Shown here: positions 36,870-46,823 of the stretch, in pieces | Layout: each line of letters starts with the position of its first letter | Position numbering within the stretch: the stretch's first letter is position 1 | Assembly: GCA_963786955.1 (NCBI GenBank) | Contig: CAWBAT010000009.1 | Location: 224,001 to 288,000 of the forward strand | Length of the DNA stretch: 64,000 nt | Direction: 5' to 3' | Source: an uncultured Acidimicrobiia bacterium | GTDB lineage: Bacteria > Acidobacteriota > Terriglobia > Versatilivoradales > Versatilivoraceae | Program-made: the position numbers and the translations under genes | The notes under the pieces: generated by a model | The model's input: the letters and a program-made list of their open reading frames with translations, nothing else | The model's database searches: none | Told to the model about the DNA's origin: nothing

Positions 36870-37370
36870 TTACTGACTCCGGTAGTTTGTGAATTGAATT
36901 TCAAAATCAAATTCCTGGGACTTTAGCAACTGGATGACTTCCTGAAGCGTATCCCGGTCTTTACCGGAAACTCGCACGAAATCACCGTTAATCGACGCTT
37001 GAACCTTGAGTTTGGAATCTTTGATCAGTCGCACTATTTCCCTAGCTTTTTCGATGGGAATCCCTTGCTGCAAATCAATTTCTTGCCTGACCGTATTGCC
37101 TGCTGCCTGTTCTATTTTATTGTATGTCAATGATTTCAATGAAATCCCGCGTTTGACAAGCCGCTGTTGAAGGATATCATTAAGGCTCTTAAGTTTGAAC
37201 TCATCATCGGCCAAGAGAGCAAGCTTATCTTTCTCAGCCAGCAAAATCTTACATTTGCTGCCCCTAAAGTCGAAACGGGTGCTGACCTCTTTCATGGCCT
37301 GATGAATGGCATTTTCGACTTCTTGCATTTCAATCTTGCAGACGATATCAAAAGTATTTTGAGCGGCCAT
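36870..37370 (-). CDS. yajQ: YajQ family c-di-GMP/nucleotide-binding protein
   Basis: FDIV...E..NA, RFDFRGS, VQASI.GD.VRVSGK.RD.LQ and QFTNYR. Start MAAQN. Confidence 0.93.
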   Translation of the reverse strand: MAAQNTFDIVCKIEMQEVENAIHQAMKEVSTRFDFRGSKCKILLAEKDKLALLADDEFKLKSLNDILQQRLVKRGISLKSLTYNKIEQAAGNTVRQEIDLQQGIPIEKAREIVRLIKDSKLKVQASINGDFVRVSGKDRDTLQEVIQLLKSQEFDFEIQFTNYRSQ

Positions 37371-37504
37371 GTGTCTTCCTTTTATGAATTCAAGTTCACC
37401 TGTCGGTTGTGCTGGATTCCCGAGGAACAAGGGCACTATCGATGTTGGCAAATTATAGTGATTCCATTGCCGGTCACCTCATTTGACATTTGATACTTCC
37501 ATTC

Positions 37505-38317
37505 TCAAAACTTCATCCCGGCTCCCTCTGCTCCGCCAGGCACTGACCGCTGAAATAACCGGTAATAATTTTCAACTGTATGTCGTGCCAACTCCTCGAT
37601 ACTGATGCCCTTGAGGCGGGCCAAGGCCCCCGCCGTTTCCACTAAGAATGACGGCTCATTCCTCTTTCCCCTGTGTGGCACAGGAGCCAGATAGGGCGAA
37701 TCGGTTTCGATTAACAGGCGATCGAGCGGGATTCGCTGTGCGATATCTCGAATGTTCTGCGCTTTCGGAAAGGTGATCATCCCGGAAAACGAAATCAAGA
37801 ATCCTAATTCCAAACAGTTCCCTGCCATTTCCAGAGAGCTGGAATAGCAATGCATCACCCCATGCAGCACCTTCTTGTCAGACTGGCGACGAAGGGCTTC
37901 TATGGTTTCGCTTTCCGCATCGCGGCTGTGGATAATGACGGGAAGTTCTGCCTCCCCCGCCAATTTTAACTGTTGAGCAAACACATCCAATTGAATATCG
38001 CGCGCCGAATGTCCGTAGTAAAAATCTAAACCAATTTCCCCCCAGGCCACCACTTTGGGGTGCGATGCCAATGACTTGAGGAACTCAAAATCAACCTGAG
38101 TGGCGAGTTTCGCGTCATGGGGATGAATCCCGATGGAAGCATCGATATGAGCATATTGTTGGGCCAGCGCTACGGCACAGTCGAGACTTCCAGGTCCTGT
38201 GCCGCTTCCTATAGCCAATATCTTGCCGACGTGGGCGGCTCTGGCCCGAGCCATCGCTTCCGAGCGATCCAAATCAAAATCCGTTGCGTCAAGATGAGCA
38301 TGTGAGTCGATAAACAT
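37505..38317 (-). CDS. tatD: TatD family hydrolase
   Basis: DSHAH, GIHPH, GEIGLD, IHSRDA and ETDSPYL. Confidence 0.93.
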   Translation of the reverse strand: MFIDSHAHLDATDFDLDRSEAMARARAAHVGKILAIGSGTGPGSLDCAVALAQQYAHIDASIGIHPHDAKLATQVDFEFLKSLASHPKVVAWGEIGLDFYYGHSARDIQLDVFAQQLKLAGEAELPVIIHSRDAESETIEALRRQSDKKVLHGVMHCYSSSLEMAGNCLELGFLISFSGMITFPKAQNIRDIAQRIPLDRLLIETDSPYLAPVPHRGKRNEPSFLVETAGALARLKGISIEELARHTVENYYRLFQRSVPGGAEGAGMKF

Positions 38318-38376
38318 TCAGAATCCCATTTCTTGGACCGGAGCCGGTAAGTTCTTTTCCCTTGGCATCAACGGGA

Positions 38377-39012
38377 TCACTGGGCCTCTACTTTCTTTCG
38401 GTTCCGAAGGTATTCGACGACGATGGGCAACACGGAAACAAAAACGATGAGCAGTACAACTTTTTCCAGGTTGTGTCTAACCCAAGGGAAGGAGCCGAGA
38501 AAAAATCCTGCCGACGTCATGGAACAGACCCAAAAAATCCCGCCAAACACATTATAGCTGGCAAACCGCGGATACGACATTTGGGCGATTCCTGCCACTA
38601 CGGGAGCAAATGTTCGGGCAAAGGGAACGAAGCGGGCCAAAAATATGGCTTTCCCTCCGTGCTCTTCATAGAACTCCTTTGCGTAAAGGAGATGTTTGCG
38701 CCGGAACCAGAGCGTATCCGGTCTTTTGTAAAGGGCTGCCCCCGCCTTAAAGCCGATACCATAACCCACAGCGTCTCCGATGATGGCCATGAGACTGAGT
38801 ACAATCATCAAATAAAAGACATTAAAAAACCCTTGCGAAGCAATCAGTCCTGCCGTGAACAATAAGGAATCTCCCGGCAGGAAAAAGCCAATGAAGAGGC
38901 CTGTTTCGGCGAAAACGATCGCGGACAAAACGACATACCCACCCGACCGAATCAATTCCATCAGCTTTTCAGGCTGATATAGGGCTCGAAGGAACTCCAA
39001 GATCGATTCCAA
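38377..39012 (-). CDS. dedA: DedA/VTT domain membrane protein
   Basis: FAETGL..GFFLPGDSLLF and ARFVPFARTFAP. Confidence 0.9.
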   Translation of the reverse strand: MESILEFLRALYQPEKLMELIRSGGYVVLSAIVFAETGLFIGFFLPGDSLLFTAGLIASQGFFNVFYLMIVLSLMAIIGDAVGYGIGFKAGAALYKRPDTLWFRRKHLLYAKEFYEEHGGKAIFLARFVPFARTFAPVVAGIAQMSYPRFASYNVFGGIFWVCSMTSAGFFLGSFPWVRHNLEKVVLLIVFVSVLPIVVEYLRNRKKVEAQ

Positions 39013-39032
39013 ATCGTTACAAATCCTCTCAC

Positions 39033-41057
39033 TTATTTCAACCTGGCACCATTGGGAACATCTTCCAGAAAGCCGGCCAGAACAGGCTTCCCCTCTTCAC
39101 CAAGTGAAGCGGCCAGCAACATCCCATTCGATTCCAACCCTCTCATCTTGCGAGGGTGCAGGTTTGCAACAATGACTATTTTTCGCCCAATCATACTCTC
39201 AGGAGAATAAGCTTTAGCGATGCCGGCCAGTATCTGACGCTTCTCAGTTCCCAGATCGACAATCAATTTCAAAAGCTTGTCAGCGCCTTGGACCCTCTCC
39301 GCTGAGACAACCTGTGCCACTCTCAGATCCAGTTTTGCAAAGTCATCAATGGAAATTTTGAGGTCGGCAATGTTGGCCTCACTGGTTGTTTTGGTCTCGA
39401 CGACTGTCGGACTCGCCGAATCATCCTTCTTCTCTCCACCGGATGCTGCGCCCCCCTTGGCCGCGATAGTTTCGGCAGGGGGCGCAAAGGTCTCTTGCAG
39501 GATTTGCTCCAAAGCCAGCTTCTTGTCAATTCTCGGGAAAATCGGTTTCAATTCTCCAAGTTCACTGCCCACGGGCAATCCACCCCATTTCAGCTCGTCG
39601 ATGCGCTGAGACTTCAGTGGCACCTTGATTCCGTATTGTTCCCACACACGTTGGCAGCTTTCAGGCAAGACAGGGGCCAGCAAGACCGTAGCAATACGGA
39701 TCACTTCGGCTGAAGTATACAGTATGCTCGCCAATCGCGGCCGGTCCTGTTCGTTTTCGGTTAGGCCCCAGGGGGCGCTTTCATTGAGATACCGGTTGGT
39801 GGCCGATAGCAGTTCCCAAAGGGATTCCAGGGCGCGGCTGAATGCTAGATTCTCCATCAACTCCTGATAGGTCTGAATTGTTTCTGTGGCTTTCTTCTCC
39901 AGCTCAGCATCCAGATCGGTTCGGCCTTCAATCGCCGAAGGGTACGGCAGGATATTGTCAAAATTCTTCGAAATCAGATTCAGCGTGCGGGAAACAAGGT
40001 TTCCATAATCGTTGGCCAGATCACTGTTGACGCGTTGGATCAGCGCTTCGTAAGAGAACGTTCCATCCAAACCGAACGGGACTTCACGTAAAACGAAATA
40101 ACGAACCGCATCCGCTCCAAAATGTTTCAACAAAACATAAGGGTCAATCACGTTTCCCCGGGATTTCGACATTTTCGTTTCGTCTTTCAGCCACCAGCCG
40201 TGCGCAAAGACTTGCTTTGGCAGCTCCAATCCAGCCGCCATCAGAAATGCCGGCCAGTAGACGGTATGGAAACGAATGATGTCTTTTCCCACCAGCTGAA
40301 CTTGGGCTGGCCAGTACTTTTGAAACGTCTCTTTTCCGGCTGCATCTGCAAAACCAATCCCGCTCAAATAGCCAACAAGCGCATCGAACCAGACATAGAT
40401 CACGTGTTTGTCATCTCCCGGCAATGGGATTCCCCACTTTACCGAGGTACGACTAATCGAGAGATCTTTCAGTCCTCCACTGACAAAACTGATGACTTCA
40501 TTCCGTCGCGACGGAGGCATGATAAATTGAGGATTCTGTTCGTAATGATTGAGCAAAGCTTGCTGGTACTGGGATAGTTTGAAGAAGTAGCTTTCCTCCG
40601 TAATCCGCTCGGTAGGACGACCGCAAACTTCACAATTGGGAGGCGTCTCACTTTCTGCGGCAAACAAGTTACAGGAAATGCAGTACCACCCGGAGTACTC
40701 CCCTTTATAAATAGCTCCACTCTCATAAGCACGGCGGAAGATCTCTGACGAGGCTTCATAGTGCCGCGAATCGGTAGTCCGGATAAATCGGTCGTACTCA
40801 ATCCCATAACACTCCCAAAGTTTCTGGTATTCGGCGGCAATTTCATCCGCCAGTTGGCGAGGAGTGATCCCGCGAGCGACGGCTGCTCTTTCGATGTTCT
40901 GCCCATGCTCGTCGGTGCCCGTAAGAAAACAAACGTCATGACCCTGCATTTTCTTAAAACGACTCAGACAATCGGCTACAACCGTCGTGTAGGTGTGCCC
41001 CAGGTGTGGTTTGGCATTGACGTAATAGAGAGGAGTGGTGAGATAAAAAGTACTCAT
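39033..41057 (-). CDS. metG: Methionine--tRNA ligase
   Basis: PHLGH, KMSKS and a C-terminal tRNA-binding domain. Confidence 0.97.
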   Translation of the reverse strand: MSTFYLTTPLYYVNAKPHLGHTYTTVVADCLSRFKKMQGHDVCFLTGTDEHGQNIERAAVARGITPRQLADEIAAEYQKLWECYGIEYDRFIRTTDSRHYEASSEIFRRAYESGAIYKGEYSGWYCISCNLFAAESETPPNCEVCGRPTERITEESYFFKLSQYQQALLNHYEQNPQFIMPPSRRNEVISFVSGGLKDLSISRTSVKWGIPLPGDDKHVIYVWFDALVGYLSGIGFADAAGKETFQKYWPAQVQLVGKDIIRFHTVYWPAFLMAAGLELPKQVFAHGWWLKDETKMSKSRGNVIDPYVLLKHFGADAVRYFVLREVPFGLDGTFSYEALIQRVNSDLANDYGNLVSRTLNLISKNFDNILPYPSAIEGRTDLDAELEKKATETIQTYQELMENLAFSRALESLWELLSATNRYLNESAPWGLTENEQDRPRLASILYTSAEVIRIATVLLAPVLPESCQRVWEQYGIKVPLKSQRIDELKWGGLPVGSELGELKPIFPRIDKKLALEQILQETFAPPAETIAAKGGAASGGEKKDDSASPTVVETKTTSEANIADLKISIDDFAKLDLRVAQVVSAERVQGADKLLKLIVDLGTEKRQILAGIAKAYSPESMIGRKIVIVANLHPRKMRGLESNGMLLAASLGEEGKPVLAGFLEDVPNGARLK

Positions 41058-41067
41058 ATCGTCGTGA

Positions 41068-42297
41068 CTATCCCTGTCTCTTGTGGTGATCCTTTAGAAT
41101 ATCGCTTCCATATCGGCTCATGAATTCCTGGGCGATCCTGGCTTGAATCCACTTCACAGGGATTCCATGTTTCTCTGCAGCGCCCCGGCAATCTTCGTAC
41201 TCAGGCGAAAAATTCATGATCCGGCCTTCGCGCCTCGATATTTTTACCTGGATGATTCCATACTCGATTTCGATGGGCACAATCTCTCGCTCGAGGACCC
41301 TGCGGTCTGCTTCATAGTAACGGATTCCAATTGTTGTCGTCTCTTGAAAAATGGCATCCACCGCAGCCTCGAAGTTTTCCGGAACTGTGACGACGGTCAA
41401 TAGAGAACCCGGCCGGTTTTTTTTCATCTGCACAGGGGAAACAAAAGTATCTAATACCCCCAATTTTTGGAGCCGCTCCTGCAAATAGCCATAGAGCTGA
41501 GGATTCATATCATCAATGTTGGCTTCGATGACGGTTACAGGATGAGCCCCGAAAACCCGTCCCGCAAAAGGGGAAACCGAAGGGCGTTCTCCCTTAAACA
41601 CCCGCAGCACATTGGCCGCCCCCGGCGTATCCCTTGTCCCTGCTCCATAACCAATTGTTTCGATTTCAAACGCCGGCAATCTCCCGAAGCTTTTTGCGAG
41701 GGTCGACAGAATCGCTGCTCCTGTGGGCGTGACAAGTTCCCCTTCGATGTGATTGGAATAAATAGGAATTCCCTTCAACAACTCGGCGGTGGCTGGGGCT
41801 GGGACGGGCAAAATACCATGAGCTGCCTTCACAGATCCCGTTCCAACGTTTAAAGGCGACGCCAGGATCTCCTCCACACCGAGCAGCTCAAACCCAATGC
41901 ACGCTCCCACAATATCCACGATTGAATCCACAGCGCCCACTTCGTGAAAATGGATCTTGTCAATCGTCGAACCATGAACGCGGGCCTCCGCTTCGGCCAA
42001 GCGAACAAAAATTCTCGTAGCAGAATCCTTGATCCGATCATTCAACTCACTCTCCCTGATGAGGCTTTCGATCGTATATAAATTGCGATGCACGTGCTCA
42101 TGACCGGCCTCGACGGTGAATTTGGTTGCCGTGAGGCCCGCTTTGACCACCTTAGTGGCGCTTAACGAGTAATTCTGTAAATTGAGTTTCTGGAGCTCTC
42201 GAGTGAGTTGATCCAGAGGGAGTCCCAGGTCGATCAGGCTTCCCACGATCATGTCGCCACTAGCCCCAGAAAAACAGTCGAAATAGATTCGGCTCAT
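41068..42297 (-). CDS. larC: Nickel pincer cofactor biosynthesis protein LarC
   Basis: DCFSGASGDM, HFHEVGAVDSIVD, ELVTPTGA, MKKNRPG and ETTTIG. Confidence 0.93.
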   Translation of the reverse strand: MSRIYFDCFSGASGDMIVGSLIDLGLPLDQLTRELQKLNLQNYSLSATKVVKAGLTATKFTVEAGHEHVHRNLYTIESLIRESELNDRIKDSATRIFVRLAEAEARVHGSTIDKIHFHEVGAVDSIVDIVGACIGFELLGVEEILASPLNVGTGSVKAAHGILPVPAPATAELLKGIPIYSNHIEGELVTPTGAAILSTLAKSFGRLPAFEIETIGYGAGTRDTPGAANVLRVFKGERPSVSPFAGRVFGAHPVTVIEANIDDMNPQLYGYLQERLQKLGVLDTFVSPVQMKKNRPGSLLTVVTVPENFEAAVDAIFQETTTIGIRYYEADRRVLEREIVPIEIEYGIIQVKISRREGRIMNFSPEYEDCRGAAEKHGIPVKWIQARIAQEFMSRYGSDILKDHHKRQG

Positions 42298-42354
42298 GAA
42301 ATGCTCTCTCAATTAAGTCTACCAGTCAGTCCTGTAATGATACTAACTACCGCA

Positions 42355-42492
42355 ATTCGTAATTACGGTGACGTATCTTAGGATAGGCGCCGCGTGGGCT
42401 TGGGGCTTTGAGAAAGCCCCAAGCCCACAAAGTTGTAGGCCGGGTCACCGACCCGGCGTTAACGTCCCCGTATCCATGAAAGGCAGTACTAA
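42355..42492. repeat. About 140-bp direct repeat, copy 1 (composite palindromic element)
   Basis: Aligns with 43457-43594; contains CGTAATTACG, the hairpin GTGGGCTTGGGGCTTT-GAG-AAAGCCCCAAGCCCAC and a GTAG REP. Confidence 0.85.
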
Positions 42493-42576
42493 TTAGCTCA
42501 CTCCACCATTGAATGCCGGGCTACCTGACTCGGCGAACCTGAGTGCAGCACCGGATGGGGGCATCCGACTTACGAT

Positions 42577-43320
42577 TCAGGGGAGGCCAGTACATGCCTG
42601 TTGAATTAGAGGAAGAACTTCCCCGGCTTTTCCAATGAGAACTTCATCAGCCTTGTTGGCCAAAGCTGACGGCTCGATATTGATTTCTACAACATAAGCT
42701 CCCTTCTCTTTGGCAATCATCGGTAATTGTGCCGCCGGATAAACTTCTGCCGAAGTTCCCACAGAAAAGAAGAGCTGACAACGTCCCACGGCGTCAAGAG
42801 ACAGGGAGAATTCCCGCTCGGGCAATAGTTCCCCAAACCAGACAACCCCCGGCCGCAATGCTCCTCCGCACTGACAAGTCGGAGGAAGTGGGGGCGAGGG
42901 CACGCTCGCCAGCTTTGACGTCTTCCTGCAACGCACACACCGAACTTCCCACAAATCCCCATGGAGCTTGAAGATATGGCGATTTCCGGCCCGGTCATGC
43001 AATCCATCAACGTTTTGAGTGATTAAATTAAACTCTGAAAAAAATCCTTCCATCCACGAAATGACGCCGTGACCGGGATTCGGGTCTACCTTCGAGATCA
43101 ACTCCATCCGCCAACGATACCATTCCCAGACACGAACAGGATTGGCGGCAAAGGCCTCGGGCGTTGCCAGTTCCTGGACGTTGAATTCATTCCATAACCC
43201 ATCCTTGCCACGGAACGTTGGCACTCCGCTTTCTGCGGATACACCCGCTCCGGTGAAAACAACAACATTCGTGGACGGAACCAGTAAACACCTCAGCTTG
43301 TTAGAGATCGCAATAGACAT
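42577..43320 (-). CDS. cobB: NAD-dependent protein deacylase (sirtuin)
   Basis: TGAGVSAESGVPTFRG, TQNVDGLH, LHG, CxxC..CxC and GTS. Confidence 0.93.
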   Translation of the reverse strand: MSIAISNKLRCLLVPSTNVVVFTGAGVSAESGVPTFRGKDGLWNEFNVQELATPEAFAANPVRVWEWYRWRMELISKVDPNPGHGVISWMEGFFSEFNLITQNVDGLHDRAGNRHIFKLHGDLWEVRCVRCRKTSKLASVPSPPLPPTCQCGGALRPGVVWFGELLPEREFSLSLDAVGRCQLFFSVGTSAEVYPAAQLPMIAKEKGAYVVEINIEPSALANKADEVLIGKAGEVLPLIQQACTGLP

Positions 43321-43456
43321 GGCTTGTGACCGTCCTCAAGCACAAGACAAAACAAGGATACTATTCTTCGCTTCCAAGCTTTGTCAAGGCGAACGTCCTC
43401 CTGACATCAGTGAGGCGCGCGGATTTTCGATCCCTACCTGCTTTCTACGAAATGCT

Positions 43457-43594
43457 ATTCGTAATTACGGTGACGTATCCAAGGATAGGCGCCGCGTGGG
43501 GTTGGAGCTTTGAGAAAAGCCCAAGCCTGCAAAGTTGTTGGCCGGGTCACCGACCTGGCCTTAACGTCACTCTATTTATGAAAACAAGTACCAA
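43457..43594. repeat. About 140-bp direct repeat, copy 2 (more degenerate)
   Basis: Aligns with 42355-42492. Confidence 0.85.
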
Positions 43595-43688
43595 GTGATG
43601 AGCGCGAAGTCATCCTCCACCTGGCGGGAAAGTGTGGTAGCATTTCGCTTTTTGAAGGCTAACTGGAATTCACGAATAGGAATGTTCT

Positions 43689-45689
43689 ATGTTGGAAGTT
43701 TGGATCAATCAGGTCAAACAAAAGTTCCTCGTCCATATTCAAGAGCGATACGGAATTTCCCTCTCCCAGTTGATTGCGGAACAGCCTCCCAAAGTCGAAC
43801 TGGGAGACCTGGCTTTTCCGCTCTGTTTTGAATTGGCTAAAGTCGTAAAAAGGCCTCCTCGCCAGCTCGCTCTTGAGATCAAGGACAGTATCGGCAACTT
43901 ACCGGGTGTAACCAAGATAGAAATCGCCGGCCCAGGTTATATCAATCTTTTTTTTAAACGAGATGAGTTCTTCCGGCAATTATTTTCACGATCGACAAGC
44001 TCAGACCCAAAAGGAAACTCTGCCGGCAGCAAGGTCATCGTTGAACATACCAACATTAACCCCAATAAAGCCGCACACATTGGTCATTTAAGAAACGCTG
44101 TCCTCGGGGATACTTTTGCTCGAATGCTGCGTTTCAAAGGAGAAGAAGTAGAGATCCAAAACTACATTGATGACACTGGAGTTCAGGTGGCCGATGTCGT
44201 CGTCGGATTCCAGCACTTGGCGAAGATGAACCTCGAACAAATCAAGGCAATCCCCGGGAAATTCGACTATTACTGCTGGGACCTTTACGCCAAAGTCGCC
44301 TCTTTTTATGAACTGGCCCCGGAAAACCCTAAGCTTCGAGGAGAGGCGCTCAAACACATTGAGGAGGGCAATAATCCGACAGCGGAGATTGCCCACTTTG
44401 TGGCTCATAAGATTGTTCAGTGCCATATCGAGACGATGTGGCGGTTGGGGATCAGCTACGATCTGTTGCCTAAAGAGAGCGACATCCTTCACTTGAAATT
44501 TTGGAATTATGCGTTCGAATTGCTCAAAGAGCGCAATGCCATCCATTTTGAAACTTCCGGGAAGAATCAGGGGTGCTGGATCATGCGCGGGGCAGAAAAA
44601 AACAACTCCATCGTCTCAGATCCAGCGGCCGAAGCCGAAAAAGAATTCGACGAAGATAAGATCATCGTGCGGTCCAATGGAACGGTGACCTATGTCGGGA
44701 AAGACATGGCCTACCAGTTGTGGAAACTCGGCCTGCTCGGGATGGATTTCTTTTACCATCCGTTCCACCGTTACGAGAATGGGCAGGTCGTTTACATGAC
44801 CAATTCGGAACACAACCAAGGCATCACTGAACCAAAGTTCGGTGGAGGGACGCGTGTCTATAACGTGATCGATTCGCGCCAGTCCTATCTGCAAAATATC
44901 GTGGTGGCTGGGCTTCGCGCGCTTGGATATGCGGCACAAGCAGATCAATCGACTCATTTTTCCTATGAGATGGTTGCCCTGTCACCGCGATGCTGCGAAG
45001 AGCTGGGAATCCAGCTTTCGGAAGAAGACCAAATAAAACCTTATGTGGAAGTGTCGGGCCGAAGAGGGTTGGGCGTCAAAGCGGATGATCTCATCGACAC
45101 GTTGCTCGAAAAATCCATTCAAGAAGTCATGAGTCGCCATCCCGAACTGGCAGAGTCCGAGCTGCAGCCTATCGCCTCCAGTATCGCGATTAGCGCCCTT
45201 CGCTATTTTCTCTTGAAATATACGCGCAACTCGGTAATCGCTTTCGATTTCAAGGAAGCCCTGAGCTTTGAAGGAGAAACCGGTCCTTACGCGCAGTACG
45301 CGGTTGTCCGGGCAAATAACATCTTTCGCAAGGTGCTTGCAGATGATCCTGCTTACAACGAGAAGTCGGTCCAGTCCTTTGTGGAGGACATTGCCTCAGA
45401 AGATTTCCTGAAGGAGAAGATCCATGACGAGTTCTGGAGACTCATCTACTTAGCCGGGCAATTGGAATCCAATGTACGTGTGGCGCTTGACACCGCGGAG
45501 CCGGCTGTCGTCGCGAAATATGTATTTACACTGGCTCAAGCCTTTAATAATTTTTACCACAGACATCGGATCAAGGAAGAGGCCGACTCCGCCAAAAAAA
45601 GATTCCTTCTCGCGGTGACTCGCATCGTTCGCGACCGCCTGGAAGCCGGTCTCCAGATTCTCGGAATCTCCGTGCCTGAAATGATGTAA
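43689..45689 (+). CDS. argS: Arginine--tRNA ligase
   Basis: EHTNINPNKAAHIGHLRNA, FEGETGPYAQYA and C-terminal VPEMM. Confidence 0.96.
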   Translation: MLEVWINQVKQKFLVHIQERYGISLSQLIAEQPPKVELGDLAFPLCFELAKVVKRPPRQLALEIKDSIGNLPGVTKIEIAGPGYINLFFKRDEFFRQLFSRSTSSDPKGNSAGSKVIVEHTNINPNKAAHIGHLRNAVLGDTFARMLRFKGEEVEIQNYIDDTGVQVADVVVGFQHLAKMNLEQIKAIPGKFDYYCWDLYAKVASFYELAPENPKLRGEALKHIEEGNNPTAEIAHFVAHKIVQCHIETMWRLGISYDLLPKESDILHLKFWNYAFELLKERNAIHFETSGKNQGCWIMRGAEKNNSIVSDPAAEAEKEFDEDKIIVRSNGTVTYVGKDMAYQLWKLGLLGMDFFYHPFHRYENGQVVYMTNSEHNQGITEPKFGGGTRVYNVIDSRQSYLQNIVVAGLRALGYAAQADQSTHFSYEMVALSPRCCEELGIQLSEEDQIKPYVEVSGRRGLGVKADDLIDTLLEKSIQEVMSRHPELAESELQPIASSIAISALRYFLLKYTRNSVIAFDFKEALSFEGETGPYAQYAVVRANNIFRKVLADDPAYNEKSVQSFVEDIASEDFLKEKIHDEFWRLIYLAGQLESNVRVALDTAEPAVVAKYVFTLAQAFNNFYHRHRIKEEADSAKKRFLLAVTRIVRDRLEAGLQILGISVPEMM

Positions 45690-45985
45690 GTTCCGGGAGA
45701 AGGAAAACATGCGGATCCAGCTTGTGAAAAACAGTGTCCTCACCAAGACGCAAAGGGCGCGGGTGGCAGACATGGGCTTCTTACATGTCTGCGTGACAGG
45801 GAATATACAATCTCAAAACGGGATTCTAGTAAATCCCTCGTGAAGAGACCGGTGAGGTGCATAGATGATTCCCTTGCTCAGTGCTCCACGCCAAGCCTCA
45901 CCTCTTCGCAGACATGCCCACAACGCATGTCTGATACCCACGGCCTTGTGGTGCAGGCGTCCCGCCTGCCGAAAGAAAGTTCTTT

Positions 45986-46576
45986 TCAATTGTGTTCGGT
46001 TTTTCCAAGCAATGGGAATACTTTAATCGGCGAATAGACTGCCCCTGCCGGCCTTAGGTCACTCCTCATCACAGTCACAGTTCTGACGGATACTATCTCG
46101 CCGCCGAAGTCCAATTCTTGCATCTTCCGTATTAACGCTTGCAGATTCCGCGGCGATTTGACCCTCCCGAAAGTAAGGTGAGGACTGAACGGCCGATCTT
46201 CGCGTGCGTACCCGTTCCCAGACAACCCAACCTCGATTAGTTCGACCAAGTCCCGAAGCGGCGACGGAATGGGCTGTATGCCGACCCACAGGACTCGAGG
46301 ATTCCTGGCCGTTGGAAAGCATCCTGCTCCCCTAACCTGCATTTCCATAACGGGGATCGCATGGGCTGCCTTCTCAAGCGCTGCGCAAATCAACGGCAGC
46401 TTCTGCTCGGATACATCTCCAAGGAATTTCAAGGTGAGGTGAATATTCGAAGGTTTAACCCAACTCACTTCTGCCCCTAGCCCCTTCAGGCGTTTCTGGA
46501 ATTCGGCAAGAAGCGCCTGCACGGTCTCCGGCAATTCGATACAGATAAAGGTTCGAATCGTGCCTGTTTTCGACAT
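45986..46576 (-). CDS. thpR: RNA 2',3'-cyclic phosphodiesterase
   Basis: Two HxT motifs (HLTLKFLG and PHLTFGR). Confidence 0.92.
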   Translation of the reverse strand: MSKTGTIRTFICIELPETVQALLAEFQKRLKGLGAEVSWVKPSNIHLTLKFLGDVSEQKLPLICAALEKAAHAIPVMEMQVRGAGCFPTARNPRVLWVGIQPIPSPLRDLVELIEVGLSGNGYAREDRPFSPHLTFGRVKSPRNLQALIRKMQELDFGGEIVSVRTVTVMRSDLRPAGAVYSPIKVFPLLGKTEHN

Positions 46577-46823
46577 CGATCAATTCTTCTGAACAGGGAT
46601 ATTTGTTTATGAAACGGGATTGTACACCCAGTCTCCGTCTCGCAGAACGTGCCCCGCCAAATCAGAAATAGAATTTTCGGCTCCCCTCTCCAGCGCGGGA
46701 GAAAAGCCCACGATGAATGCGGCGAGCACATTCATCGTGGCTACCAATACGTCTGCGCCGCCGACAATCTCGGCCTCCTAGAACTCCGCCCTCCAAACCA
46801 CAACACAGTTCGATTACGAAGCA

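Noticed and set aside
42577-43320. Sirtuin as an anti-phage Sir2 effector
   Set aside because: Canonical Zn-binding CobB-type deacylase of 247 aa with no defence partner genes.
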